IMG/VR virus record: IMGVR_UViG_2518645594_000001
Location: 12,431 to 76,430 of that record
Reading direction: 5' to 3' (one strand)
Length of the DNA: 64,000 nt
DNA from: a virus
Taxonomy: Duplodnaviria > Caudoviricetes
The position numbers and the translations under genes are program-made. Positions 48,001 through 57,637 of this stretch are shown here, one piece after another (positions within the stretch are counted from its first letter, which is position 1; every line of letters starts with the position of its first letter). The notes under the pieces were generated by a model that was not told the origin of the DNA, did not search any database, and saw only the letters and a list, made by a program, of their open reading frames with translations.

Positions 48001-48048
48001 TAATCCATCGAGGCACTACACAGCCCCTCGACGGGCCCTCAAGCCGAC

Positions 48049-48060
48049 CGCTCTTTAACA
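48049..48060 (+). promoter_or_regulatory. boxA antitermination element
   Basis: CGCTCTTTAACA just downstream of pL. Confidence 0.78.
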
Positions 48061-48278
48061 ACCAAGACCGCCGAGCCTGCAGGCATAGCAGGCCACCATC
48101 CCCGCAGGGCTCTGGTGCGATCAGGTGTGCCGCAATAGAGCGGCATCCAAGCGGCGCGCATGCCTCGACAGATGCAGGAAGCGCGATACCGGGTGAGCGA
48201 CCGGGGCCTGAGAGACCACGTATTCACTGAAGCACCTGGGCTACCGGGTGCTTTGGGAATCCACTGGAGGAACATCAC

Positions 48279-48464
48279 ATGCATCTGAAAGACCAGGGCT
48301 TCAAGTTCTGCATCAGCCCGGACAGGCAGCGCGGCCGATGGCTGCACCCTACCGAGTTCAAGGTTCTGCATTCCGACTGAACCGACGTAACGGAATGGCC
48401 TGACGAGAAGTTGCTGGCTTTCCTAATGCCAGCGCCCCAGCAGCAAGACCTGTTCGCAGCATGA
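48279..48464 (+). pseudogene. First pL ORF, interrupted by an in-frame TGA at 48378-48380
   Basis: GGAGG RBS; MHLKDQGFKFCISPD...HSD*TDVTEWPDEKLLAFLMPAPQQQDLFAA*. Confidence 0.55.
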
Positions 48465-48530
48465 CGATTTCACTGGCTGGCCTTGGCGACAGGGCCAGAT
48501 GGGAAATCAACCGCCCTGGAGGGCAAGACG

Positions 48531-48674
48531 ATGAGCAAGCAAGAAATGGAAAAGCGTATTGGCGAGCTTGAAGACTCCTTGAAGGGTGACGAGACCGACG
48601 ATGACACCCGTGGTGATGTCCTTGATGAAATCGCCAAGCTGGAAGAGCAGTTGAATGAAGTTCAGGCAATGTGA
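48531..48674 (+). CDS. Small acidic helical protein
   Basis: GGAGG RBS after a hairpin; MSKQEMEKRIGELE. Confidence 0.6.
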   Translation: MSKQEMEKRIGELEDSLKGDETDDDTRGDVLDEIAKLEEQLNEVQAM

Positions 48675-48904
48675 GCGAGGTGATAGCCGTGATACGAGTC
48701 CAGATGGTCAGATCAGGGATGCTTGCATACCAGGCCGAATTCGATAACAAAGAAGAGGCTGTTTCAACAGCAGAATCTATGGCCGCCGGCTGTGGTGACG
48801 CGAAGAAAGATTCAGTCAGCGGATGCCTGATCAGCTTCAGCACTAAAGGTGGTTTTGTCCGTGCGGTCGACCTGGACTCACACGCCAGCGCCACGTCCGC
48901 CTGA
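48671..48904 (+). CDS. Small hypothetical protein
   Basis: GTGA-coupled to the upstream ORF. Confidence 0.55.
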   Translation: MSEVIAVIRVQMVRSGMLAYQAEFDNKEEAVSTAESMAAGCGDAKKDSVSGCLISFSTKGGFVRAVDLDSHASATSA

Positions 48905-48937
48905 CGTTAACTGCCCGATGCCCTGCTCCCCATCGCA

Positions 48938-49138
48938 GGGTGTGATCGGAGAGGGCTTTTGTAAATCGCACCTATCCCGGCGCCGGGTGAAGTCAGCTGA
49001 GGCTGATAGTGTGGGAAAAGCCCTCTACCGATACACCCCGCATCCCCTTCCCTTCACATACGACCGCATTAGGCAGGCGCCAGGCCACCTTTCACGGTGG
49101 GTTTGGTCACCCGCGCCTGACGCCTGGCCAATGCGGTC
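48938..49138 (+). ncRNA. Candidate structured RNA / RNase III-type hairpins
   Basis: Long inverted repeats at 48938-49038 and 49062-49138 in an interval without a credible ORF. Confidence 0.4.
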
Positions 49139-49151
49139 ATGAGGATAAACC

Positions 49152-49472
49152 ATGTACCAGCCACCAGAACCATCTGGGGTAGGCCGCTGCCTGCGCTGCG
49201 AAAGCTGCATCGAAGAATCAGAGCAGGTCGGCGGTATCTGTTTCGAGTGCCAGCCAATCGAGGCCGGCGAGCAGCCAGCATTCCCAGTGCGTGCCAGCGA
49301 GTACGGCGGTCACGGAACCTGCTTCGGCCTGACCATTCGCGACCACTTCGCAGCTCAGGCGCTGCAGGGGATCTGCGCCCACCCTGACACCTGGGGTCGA
49401 CAGGTTCATGAGGTCGCGCAAGTTGCTTACGAATTGGCCGACGCCATGCTCGCCGCCCGGGTGAAGCCATGA
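49152..49472 (+). CDS. Phage hypothetical protein
   Basis: PAFP...GLTIRDHFAAQALQG...AYELADAMLAAR conserved phage motif. Confidence 0.8.
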   Translation: MYQPPEPSGVGRCLRCESCIEESEQVGGICFECQPIEAGEQPAFPVRASEYGGHGTCFGLTIRDHFAAQALQGICAHPDTWGRQVHEVAQVAYELADAMLAARVKP

Positions 49473-49738
49473 GCGGCTGGATCAAGTGCAGCGACAGGCT
49501 GCCCGAAACCGGCGTGACCGTTTTGGTTTATGCCCCACCACAGCCAGAGGATTGGCCGGACGACGTCCGTATCAGCTTCGATGCCCTGGATCCCGATGCG
49601 GACGAGCCGCGCTGGCTGGTGCATGGCGAGCACTACGAGCACTTCTGCTGCGTAGCTCTTCCGGAAAGCAGCGTCGGACCATCTGAACAGGCTCCATACA
49701 CGCATTGGATGCCCTGCCCACCTATTCCCACCGAGTAA
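49469..49738 (+). CDS. DUF551-family protein
   Basis: WIKCSDRLPE...THWMP.P. Confidence 0.82.
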   Translation: MSGWIKCSDRLPETGVTVLVYAPPQPEDWPDDVRISFDALDPDADEPRWLVHGEHYEHFCCVALPESSVGPSEQAPYTHWMPCPPIPTE

Positions 49739-49758
49739 CCCACCACCTGGAGGCGATC

Positions 49759-50181
49759 ATGGGCGCACTTCGAGCAGCACAATGGCAGTACGACAACCAG
49801 TTGCCTCCTGAGGTGAGTGAAACGCCGCAGGAGCGCGCAGAACGCCACTGGATCGAGGAAGGCATTGACCAGCTGATGCGCGGCGCGGATTACGTTTTCC
49901 AGCGCCGTATGCGCCCAAAGCAGGGCGTTACGCAGGAACGCTTCGCTGAGGCCGTGGACGAGTTCGCCATGGGCCAGCTCGGCCTGCAGGGTGCGAGCAG
50001 GTCGGTGCTGGGCCGCTTGGTCCTGGCTGCTCACTTCAAGATCGGCAGCGAGGCGCGTAACGCGGCCGACGAGCTGATGGCGGTACCGAACACCGACACC
50101 GTACTGCGGGAGATAGCGCGCACCCTCCTCCAGCCATTGGTGAAGGATGGGCTGGTGGCCCAGGCCGAGGACGAGCTATGA
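49759..50181 (+). CDS. Phage hypothetical protein
   Basis: GGAGG RBS; AQWQYDNQLPP. Confidence 0.72.
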   Translation: MGALRAAQWQYDNQLPPEVSETPQERAERHWIEEGIDQLMRGADYVFQRRMRPKQGVTQERFAEAVDEFAMGQLGLQGASRSVLGRLVLAAHFKIGSEARNAADELMAVPNTDTVLREIARTLLQPLVKDGLVAQAEDEL

Positions 50182-50372
50182 GAAGCCCCCACGTTCTCAT
50201 CGACGAGGAGCTTGATGCCCTCGCCGATCCGGCCACGCCGATCATCTGCTATGCGCTTGTCCAGCGCACGCTCACGGAAATGATGAGCGACCAGCGCATC
50301 ACCATCGAAGAGTTCAATCACTACTGCGGGCGCCTCAACAAGATCGTTGATGGGCGCAAGGAGGTCGCGTGA
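50178..50372 (+). CDS. Phage hypothetical protein
   Basis: Coupled ORF; ITIEEFNHYC. Confidence 0.7.
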   Translation: MRSPHVLIDEELDALADPATPIICYALVQRTLTEMMSDQRITIEEFNHYCGRLNKIVDGRKEVA

Positions 50373-50935
50373 CAAGCATCCCAGAAGGCACTCAATTCAT
50401 TGAATCCGGCTGCGGCGAAAAAGGGTTTCGAAAGTTCGAGAAAGGATGCTGGTGGTTCTTCGAAGACTTTTGGCGCCATGTTGACTGGAAGATGGGGGAT
50501 TTAACCCCTGTCTTTAACCACCCAGATTATGTCGCTCCAGTCCAGCCTTGGAATGGTCAGGGCCTACCCCCGGTTGGTACCGTCTGTGAGTTCGCTGGGT
50601 TTAACCCAGAGGAAACCCTGCCATCTGATCCCATGATTGGTGATCGAGTGACGGTGATCGCTCACTTCAAAAGCGGATCGATTGATGTTGCGGCTTTCAC
50701 CTTTTCCGCACCTCCTGACTTTGAGTATTTGAAGGTTGCTCAAGGCGCATATGGCTGCTTCCGCCCCGTCCGAACGCCCGAGCAGATTGCCGAGGAAGAG
50801 CGAGAGCGAGCGGTCAAAAAAATTCTCGATGTGATGCTTGGCCATGACCAAGCGTGCATTCACGACGACACAGTTCAAGCCCTGTGCGCCAAGCGCATCT
50901 ACGACGCCGGCTACCGTAAGCAGGAGGCATTATGA
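50369..50935 (+). CDS. Phage hypothetical protein
   Basis: WNGQGLPPVGTVCE...FRPVRTPEQIA...YDAGYRK. Confidence 0.75.
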   Translation: MTSIPEGTQFIESGCGEKGFRKFEKGCWWFFEDFWRHVDWKMGDLTPVFNHPDYVAPVQPWNGQGLPPVGTVCEFAGFNPEETLPSDPMIGDRVTVIAHFKSGSIDVAAFTFSAPPDFEYLKVAQGAYGCFRPVRTPEQIAEEERERAVKKILDVMLGHDQACIHDDTVQALCAKRIYDAGYRKQEAL

Positions 50936-51153
50936 CCACGCCAATCGTTATGACGCTCATCGACGAGCAGATCGCCGAGCTTCCAGAGGCGCTGGCATTG
51001 CCCGACGGCCAGGTGCTGATGGTCTTCAAGGGACCGACCATGCACGATGCCATGCAGGCTGCCGCCGATGGCTTCATTGCCAACCCAGAGGCTTGGCACT
51101 GTCGAGCTTGCCTGTGTGGTGAATGGACAGTCGGCTACCAGGTGCAGCTGTGA
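50932..51153 (+). CDS. Phage hypothetical protein
   Basis: Coupled ORF with RBS. Confidence 0.65.
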   Translation: MTTPIVMTLIDEQIAELPEALALPDGQVLMVFKGPTMHDAMQAAADGFIANPEAWHCRACLCGEWTVGYQVQL

Positions 51154-51309
51154 CCCGCTACCAGCGCGCCCGCCGCCTGGTCATTTGGCGCGGCTCCTTC
51201 TCTGCCCTATTCGCCTGCACCGCCTTCATGCTGGCCAGCGCCCTGGCTGGCTCTATCACCCAATAACCAACTTGTCAGCGCCCACCGCATGGAGGCGCGG
51301 GAGATTCGC

Positions 51310-52440
51310 ATGTCCGCAGAAAAAGAACTGATCGTTGCCCCGCCGCAGGAAACAGCCCTGGCGGTGTACAGCACTGAAAAGGGCCTTGAGCCATGGTTGC
51401 AGCAGATCCGCGTGAAGATTGACGAGTTCCTGGCAGTGGTGCCTGACCTGAAAACGGTCAAAGGCCGTAAGGCAATCACATCGATGGCCTACCTGGTCGC
51501 CCGAACCAAGACTGCAATTGAAGAAAAGGGCAAGGAGCTGTCTGCTGAGCAGAAAAAGATACCGGGTCGCATCGATGCTGAACGCAAGCGCGTTTGGGAC
51601 ATCCTTGAATCATGGCAGAAGGAGGTGCGCAAGCCTCTGGATGACTGGCAGGCCGCCGAGGATGCGCGGATCGACCGCCATAACGACGCCATCACCCACA
51701 TGAAGAACCTGGCCACCGAGTTGGGCACCCTTGATACCGAGCAGCTGCAGGCACGGATCGCCGAGCTATCCGCGTTCCAGCTGGGCGAAGCGTGGGAGGA
51801 ATTCGAGGCTGAGGCTGCTCGGACCAAAGAGGTTTCGCTGAATGCCGTGCAGGCCGCGCTGGTCGCTCGTCAGAAGTACGACACTGAGCAGGCCGAGTTG
51901 GCCCGCCTGCGCCGCGAAGCAGAAGAGCGCGCCGAGCAAGACCGCATCCGTACAGCGCAGGAAGCCGCTGTCGAGGCGGAGCGCCAGCGAGTGGCCCAGG
52001 AGCAGCAGGCAGCACGAGAAGCCGCCGCCCGCCGCGAGCAGGAGCTGATCGACCAGGCCGCTGCGCAAGAGCGCGAAGCCGAGAACCAGCGATTGCAGCT
52101 CAAGTTGCAGGCCGAGCAGGCCGAACGCGCCCGAGTTCAGGCCGAGGCGGACCGCGTTGCCACTGAGCAACGGATGGAGCAGGAGCGCCAGGCAGCAGTC
52201 CGCCGGCAAGAGGAAGCGACCGAACAGGCACGCCAGGAAGAACGCCGCCGTGCTGATGCCGCTGCTGCCGAGATCGTCCGCCAGCAGGAAGCCCGCGAGC
52301 GCGACAAGAACCACCGCGCCAGCATCAACCGCGCCGCCCTGGAGGCTTTCATCGCCGGCGGCATGACCGAGGAATGCGCCAAGCAAGCGGTCACCCTGAT
52401 CGCTCAGCGCAAGATCCCCAACATCGCCATCACCTACTGA
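51310..52440 (+). CDS. Coiled-coil phage protein upstream of the recombination genes
   Basis: KGRKAI.SMAY.VARTKT, VRKPLDDW, long E/A/R-rich coil. Confidence 0.82.
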   Translation: MSAEKELIVAPPQETALAVYSTEKGLEPWLQQIRVKIDEFLAVVPDLKTVKGRKAITSMAYLVARTKTAIEEKGKELSAEQKKIPGRIDAERKRVWDILESWQKEVRKPLDDWQAAEDARIDRHNDAITHMKNLATELGTLDTEQLQARIAELSAFQLGEAWEEFEAEAARTKEVSLNAVQAALVARQKYDTEQAELARLRREAEERAEQDRIRTAQEAAVEAERQRVAQEQQAAREAAARREQELIDQAAAQEREAENQRLQLKLQAEQAERARVQAEADRVATEQRMEQERQAAVRRQEEATEQARQEERRRADAAAAEIVRQQEARERDKNHRASINRAALEAFIAGGMTEECAKQAVTLIAQRKIPNIAITY

Positions 52441-52450
52441 GGCACAGACC

Positions 52451-53212
52451 ATGACCAGCGCAATCATTGTGCCGGAGCAGCGCCGCCAGGCAGTGGCTGC
52501 GCCCGGCCCCGTCGACAACAGCATCATGGCGGTCATCAGCCGAGCGGCCGCCGATCCGACATGCGACATCGAGAAGATGGAGCGCCTCTTAGCCATGCAC
52601 GAGCGTATGCAGGCCAAGACAGCTGAAGCAGCATTCAACGCAGGCATGGCCCAGATGCAGTGCGAGATCCCCACCGTCTTCGAAGCGGCTGTGAACCTGC
52701 ACACCGGTAACGCCTATGCAACGCTCGACGACATCACCCGGGTGGTCAAGCCGATCATGCAGCGGCACGGCTTCGCGATCACCTTCAAGGTGGAGAATCA
52801 GGACAAGTCGATCAGCGTAACCGGCATCCTGATGCACCGCGACGGCCACCGCGAGCAGACAACCATGACCCTGCCAGCCGACATCGGAAAAGGCCGGAAC
52901 GATGTCCAAGCCGTCGGCTCGTCCACCACCTACGGCAAGCGCTACGTGATGTGCGCCTTGCTGAACATCACAACGGGTGACGTCAGGGACGACGACGCGC
53001 AATCGTCGGATGGCTCAGACACGGCAGAAATGCGGGCCCAGGCGGTGGACGACATCCTTTCCCAGGTCGAAGCTGCCGCCACGCCAGACGAGCTCAAGGA
53101 TGTGTGGCAGGCATCCGTAAAGGTCATGCAGGCCAGCGGCGATAAAGCCGGATACGACGCGGTGAAAATCGCCGTGACCAAGCGAAAAACAGTACTGGAG
53201 GCCACCCCATGA
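52451..53212 (+). CDS. erf: ERF-family single-strand annealing protein
   Basis: YATLDDI, QAVGSSTTYGKRY...LNI..GD..DDDA. Confidence 0.9.
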   Translation: MTSAIIVPEQRRQAVAAPGPVDNSIMAVISRAAADPTCDIEKMERLLAMHERMQAKTAEAAFNAGMAQMQCEIPTVFEAAVNLHTGNAYATLDDITRVVKPIMQRHGFAITFKVENQDKSISVTGILMHRDGHREQTTMTLPADIGKGRNDVQAVGSSTTYGKRYVMCALLNITTGDVRDDDAQSSDGSDTAEMRAQAVDDILSQVEAAATPDELKDVWQASVKVMQASGDKAGYDAVKIAVTKRKTVLEATP

Positions 53213-53976
53213 TCATCGTCAATTGCACCCAGGGCTCGCCAGAGTGGCTGCAGGCCCGCGCCGGCGTAATCACCGCTAGCATGTTCAGCACCGCCCGCTC
53301 CAAGGTGAACGGGCTCACTTCGCAGCAACGCACCTACGTCGACGCCATCCTGGACGGCCGCAGCGAGGCCAGGGCGCGCGAACTGGCCGGCTACAAGGCC
53401 GCGCCAAAGGCCGAGGTTGTGCAACGGGCCCTGGATGGTGAAAAGGTCGGCGAACCGTCCAATGCCGCCCTCACCTACGCATTCGAGCTGGCGGTCGAGC
53501 GCATTGGTGGAGCTCCGCTCGATGGCGGGTTCGAGACCTGGCAGATGCGCCGCGGCCACGAGCTGGAACCCGAAGCCCGGATGGAGCATGAAATCCAGAC
53601 TGGCCTGATCGTCACGCAGGTCGGTTTGGTCAAAACCGACGACGGCTCGTTCGGCGCCAGCGCGGACGGCTTCATCGGTGAAGACGGCGGCAGCGAGTAC
53701 AAGTGCTTCCTGGCTCCTGACAAGCTGCGTGCCTTCCACATCGACAACGATGCCAGCGACGTCATCGACCAGGTGCAGGGCTGCATGTGGATCACAGGCC
53801 GGAAGTGGTGGCACATCGGGATGTACTGCCCCCTGCTCAAGCCGGTAGGCCGCCAACTCTGGTGGCGTGAGTTCAAGCGCGATGACGACTACATCGAACA
53901 GCTTGAGAAGGACCTGTGGGAATTCAAGCTGCTGGTCGACGGCTTCGAGAAACAGTTAAGGAGCAAAGCAGCATGA
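53209..53976 (+). CDS. YqaJ / lambda-exonuclease family protein
   Basis: QGSPEW..AR.G.ITAS, G.ELEP.AR, GASADG, EYKC, QVQG. Confidence 0.92.
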   Translation: MIIVNCTQGSPEWLQARAGVITASMFSTARSKVNGLTSQQRTYVDAILDGRSEARARELAGYKAAPKAEVVQRALDGEKVGEPSNAALTYAFELAVERIGGAPLDGGFETWQMRRGHELEPEARMEHEIQTGLIVTQVGLVKTDDGSFGASADGFIGEDGGSEYKCFLAPDKLRAFHIDNDASDVIDQVQGCMWITGRKWWHIGMYCPLLKPVGRQLWWREFKRDDDYIEQLEKDLWEFKLLVDGFEKQLRSKAA

Positions 53977-54479
53977 GAGGCGTCAACAAAGTCTTCCTGA
54001 TCGGCACCTGCGGTCAGGGCCCCGAGGTCCGCTACCTGCCCAACGGCAACGCGGTCACCAACCTCAGCCTGGCGACTAGCGAGGCCTGGACAGACAAGCA
54101 GACCGGCCAGAAGGTCGAGAAAACCGAATGGCACCGGGTGGTGCTGTTCGGAAAGGTTGCCGAGATCGCCAGCGAGTATCTGCGCAAAGGCTCGCAGTGC
54201 TACATCGAAGGCAAGCTGAAGACCCGCGAATGGGAAAAGGACGGCATCAAGCGGTACAGCACCGAGGTGCATGTCGATATCAACGGCACCATGCAGCTTC
54301 TGGGCGGCCGGCCGGATAACCAGGGCGGTGGCCAGCAGCAGCAACAGCGGCAGCCTCGACAGCAGCACAACTACAACCAGAATGACAACTACGGGCAGCA
54401 GAGACAGCAGGCCGCGCCGCCTGACAACTTCGATGACGACATCCCCTTTGCCCCACTCCACCACCTGGTAGGTGAATAG
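53973..54479 (+). CDS. ssb: Single-stranded DNA-binding protein
   Basis: GVNKV.LIG, TEWHRVV, YLRKGS..YIEG.L, DDDIPF. Confidence 0.95.
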   Translation: MRGVNKVFLIGTCGQGPEVRYLPNGNAVTNLSLATSEAWTDKQTGQKVEKTEWHRVVLFGKVAEIASEYLRKGSQCYIEGKLKTREWEKDGIKRYSTEVHVDINGTMQLLGGRPDNQGGGQQQQQRQPRQQHNYNQNDNYGQQRQQAAPPDNFDDDIPFAPLHHLVGE

Positions 54480-54481
54480 CT

Positions 54482-54676
54482 ATGAGCGAAAGCGGCGAGC
54501 ACCCCAGCGTTTACTACGATGGCCGGGACTGCCGCCGCAACGGTGGCAGCAAGATGGCCAACCCGTTTGCCCCTCACACGTTCCACGGCTCCTGGTTTCT
54601 TGCGGGCTGGAACGATATGGATTTAGAGATTGAACAGAAAAACCCGAGGCGCGCTGCTAAGCACAAGGCGGCGTGA
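54482..54676 (+). CDS. Rmf/CrpP-fold small protein
   Basis: YYDG......G.....NPF........FLAGW. Confidence 0.6.
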   Translation: MSESGEHPSVYYDGRDCRRNGGSKMANPFAPHTFHGSWFLAGWNDMDLEIEQKNPRRAAKHKAA

Positions 54677-54717
54677 GCAGTTCAACCTACCGCCCAGCGG
54701 ATTGAAGGAGTTGCCGT

Positions 54718-55080
54718 ATGGCGATGACGCCGCAAGAGCGCGAAGAGAAGCGCAAAAAGAAAGAGGCCAAGGCCGGTGTTGAAGAGCTGCGCATGAAGAC
54801 GCGCGCAGGCACCCGCCAGGCCCTGGCCGAGATCATGCAGTGGGCCCAGGTCGAGGAAAACGGCGAGGCCATGACCCTGCTGATCCACCGCATCCATGAA
54901 TTAGGGCCTGAAGCCGCCCGCCACTTCCTAAGTGCTCCGCGCCACGAAATCAGGCTTTCGAGTTCTGTGGTGCGCAAGCTGGACCAGTTCAGGCTGAGCC
55001 GAGAACTGCGCGCGCCCGGCCTGGAGCTCGGCGAAGACCCGAACGATAACGGCCTAATCCTGCTTGCAGAGCGCGCCTAA
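54718..55080 (+). CDS. Phage hypothetical protein
   Basis: AAGGAG RBS; basic N-terminus. Confidence 0.75.
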   Translation: MAMTPQEREEKRKKKEAKAGVEELRMKTRAGTRQALAEIMQWAQVEENGEAMTLLIHRIHELGPEAARHFLSAPRHEIRLSSSVVRKLDQFRLSRELRAPGLELGEDPNDNGLILLAERA

Positions 55081-55090
55081 TTCAGAACGT

Positions 55091-55537
55091 CTACAACTTA
55101 GAAGGCGCGCTGAGCACTCGACGAGTGATGGCTATCAGGGCCTGCTTAGCAGAGTCTCGATAGTCCATGTTGAGCAGAAGCCCGCCGTCCAGAGCGTAAA
55201 TTGATCCGCCCGACGACAATAGGAACCTGTTCAGCTCGACGGGCTCCCCGGTCACTAGATCTCGAATACTCAATGCTACTTCCAGGATTCCATCGCCACT
55301 CATGCCGAATGGGGCATAAGCGATGCTGAACTTCTTACCAAGCACCTCGCCTTCGATTCGACTTTTTTCAGGCAACGAACTGACAGTAATCCTACCGTCC
55401 AAGACCCTCTTGCCAAGTTCTTCCCATTTGGCGGCCAGCTTTAGAAGGCTATCCACAGCCTCCTCGACATCGAATTTCCTTGGGCCTATTTCGCGCTTAA
55501 AGCTCTCGAAATCTTGAGCGAAATCCAACTTATCCAT
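55091..55537 (-). CDS. Antisense moron, hypothetical protein
   Basis: 148 aa from MDKLDF; GGGAG RBS; lower GC. Confidence 0.7.
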   Translation of the reverse strand: MDKLDFAQDFESFKREIGPRKFDVEEAVDSLLKLAAKWEELGKRVLDGRITVSSLPEKSRIEGEVLGKKFSIAYAPFGMSGDGILEVALSIRDLVTGEPVELNRFLLSSGGSIYALDGGLLLNMDYRDSAKQALIAITRRVLSAPSKL

Positions 55538-55649
55538 TAATCGACTCCCTGTGCCCGACCCCGTGCCGGTCACCCGTAATACCCCATCCCAAACCAAATT
55601 GCCACCATGCCGCGACCCAGGCAGGGCCTCGCGCACCCAGGAGAAACAC

Positions 55650-56390
55650 ATGAAGGTAGACACCGAAGTCATGGCGCTGCTCAGCGCTGCTCGCACCGAA
55701 GGCAACAATCTGTTCATCACCGGTGGTCAGCTGGATCGCGGTCTGTATGCCCGCCTGGACAAAACCCTGAAAGCTGCCGGCGGCAAGTGGAATACCAAGG
55801 CCAAGGCGCACCTGTTCGCCGGTGACGCTGCCGAAGCGATCGAGAATATCATCCTCACGGGCGAGGTCGCGGTTCCGCAGGACTTTGGCTTCTTCCCAAC
55901 TCCAGGCCTGGTGGTTGATCGTCTACTGAAGTTCGCCCAACTGGAAAAAGGCATGTCGGCCCTTGAGCCATCGGCGGGACGAGGCGCCATTGCCAGCGCC
56001 CTGGCCATCGCCGGCTTGGATGTTGATTGCGTCGAGCTTCTGCCGGACAACGCCAAGCACCTAGAGCAACTGCCTTTCCGCTCCGTACGCTGCGCTGACT
56101 TCCTCAGCATCGAGCCTGAGCCGATCTATGACCGCGTCGTGATGAACCCGCCGTTCGACAAGAAGCGCAGCGACATTCACCACGTGCTGCACGCGCTCAA
56201 ATTCCTCAAGCCACGCGGCCTGCTGGTGGCGATCATGCCGACCGGCGTGATCTTCCGCGAAGACCCCCTGTCCCGTGACTTCCGAGGCATTGTCTCTGCG
56301 CACAGCGGAAGCATCGTCAGCCTGCCAGACGCCTCGTTCAAGACCTCCGGCACCATGGTCAACACCTGCGTCGCGATCATCCCGGCATGA
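55650..56390 (+). CDS. N6-adenine DNA methyltransferase-like protein
   Basis: FFPTP, LEPSAGRGAI (motif I), VMNPPF (motif IV). Confidence 0.85.
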   Translation: MKVDTEVMALLSAARTEGNNLFITGGQLDRGLYARLDKTLKAAGGKWNTKAKAHLFAGDAAEAIENIILTGEVAVPQDFGFFPTPGLVVDRLLKFAQLEKGMSALEPSAGRGAIASALAIAGLDVDCVELLPDNAKHLEQLPFRSVRCADFLSIEPEPIYDRVVMNPPFDKKRSDIHHVLHALKFLKPRGLLVAIMPTGVIFREDPLSRDFRGIVSAHSGSIVSLPDASFKTSGTMVNTCVAIIPA

Positions 56391-56498
56391 GCCTCGGCCA
56401 AGGATAAACCGTTAGTCGAGACGAAAAAAAAGGCCGAATGATCAGCCCTTTTCTAAAATTGGTGCGGGTCTTGGGTAAATTAGATTTCCCCGGGCGGC

Positions 56499-56759
56499 CT
56501 ATTGGGAGCTCGCCACAACTTGAAGTCCGAATGCCTGGCCAGTCCTTTCAGACCCCGCAGTAACCGCCTCGCACCAGTCCAGCATTGTCATAATCGTCAT
56601 AGCAACCCCCAAGTCAAATACAGCAATAAATGGAGCGATCGGAAGATACAGCGTTACCAGATCAGCTAGGACGGCCAAGACTTCGGTTAGCTTCAAGTTG
56701 CAGTTCACTATGAACCCAACGCTGAAGGCATGCGACCCAGGTCGCAAGCCAATAATCAC
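56499..56759 (-). CDS. Possible small antisense membrane moron
   Basis: 86-aa hydrophobic ORF in an AT-rich insert, hairpin downstream at 56424-56452. Confidence 0.4.
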   Translation of the reverse strand: MIIGLRPGSHAFSVGFIVNCNLKLTEVLAVLADLVTLYLPIAPFIAVFDLGVAMTIMTMLDWCEAVTAGSERTGQAFGLQVVASSQ

Positions 56760-56847
56760 ATCCTACTCAACGACTAAATCTTCTTCAATACCAATTGCCA
56801 CCATGCCGCATCCGGCCACGGAGGGCGGCGCATGCACGGAGAAAGCC

Positions 56848-57393
56848 ATGAACGTCGAGACATCGACCGTTACCAAGCTGCTGATCACCGGGGCGCCGCA
56901 CCTCGACCCGATTAGCGTCTACCTAGAAGACCTCGACCCCTGCAAAGGCAAGATCACCGTCAGCTGCTACGACAAGACCTGGCACGCCTACTGGGGCGGC
57001 ATGTGGGATGGCCTGAGCATCGGCCAGTTCTTCTGCAAGCTGCACGACGCCTACATCATCGGCTACTTCGACCGGTTGTTGAGCTCTCGCCGGTTCAGTG
57101 CTGAAGCGCTGGTCGACAAAGCGCGGAAGGTGATCGTGCAGATGAGGCGCGACCGGGATCTGGACGCAGAAGACGCCCGGAGCCTGCTCGACGAGGCCGA
57201 TGACATTCGCCACACCAGTTCGCTCGACGAGTGCGGCGGTGCTCATCGCGAGCTCATGCACCGCGTGTTCGGTGACGACTGGTGGAACCTGCCAGCCGAC
57301 GCCATGGAGCGCAACCCTGACTGGGACTACCTGTGCCGCATCATCGCTGCGGTTCAGCAGGCCTTGGCCAAGCAGTACCCGATCGAGGCCTGA
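56848..57393 (+). CDS. Phage hypothetical protein
   Basis: LDPISVYLED...GKITVSCY.K.W.AYWGGM. Confidence 0.78.
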   Translation: MNVETSTVTKLLITGAPHLDPISVYLEDLDPCKGKITVSCYDKTWHAYWGGMWDGLSIGQFFCKLHDAYIIGYFDRLLSSRRFSAEALVDKARKVIVQMRRDRDLDAEDARSLLDEADDIRHTSSLDECGGAHRELMHRVFGDDWWNLPADAMERNPDWDYLCRIIAAVQQALAKQYPIEA

Positions 57394-57466
57394 CTCTCCC
57401 GCGCTGCTCGCCAGTTCTTAAACGAAAACGCCGCGCTATATCGGCGGCGTTACTGGTAGCAGTGAA

Positions 57467-57637
57467 TCAGGGCTTGAAGCCCTTGTCCTGACTCTCATCA
57501 GGCTCCGAGATCTCATAGAACTTGTCGCTGACTTCCTTCTGTTCCTTCGGCTTATGGTCGTCTTCTGATTCAAAACATCCGCTCAGCGACAGCGCAGTAA
57601 CGGCGACAAGGGTGGCGCCAATGACAGTGCGTTTCAT
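57467..57637 (-). CDS. Small lipoprotein (TrbK/entry-exclusion-like C-terminus)
   Basis: Lipobox LSGC, ends DKGFKP, terminator at 57420-57452; paralog of 366-533. Confidence 0.75.
   Translation of the reverse strand: MKRTVIGATLVAVTALSLSGCFESEDDHKPKEQKEVSDKFYEISEPDESQDKGFKP

Noticed and set aside
48961-49015. Three-way junction as a hammerhead ribozyme or tRNA
   Set aside because: No CTGA-N-GA/GAAA core in the right places, and no T-loop or cloverleaf consensus
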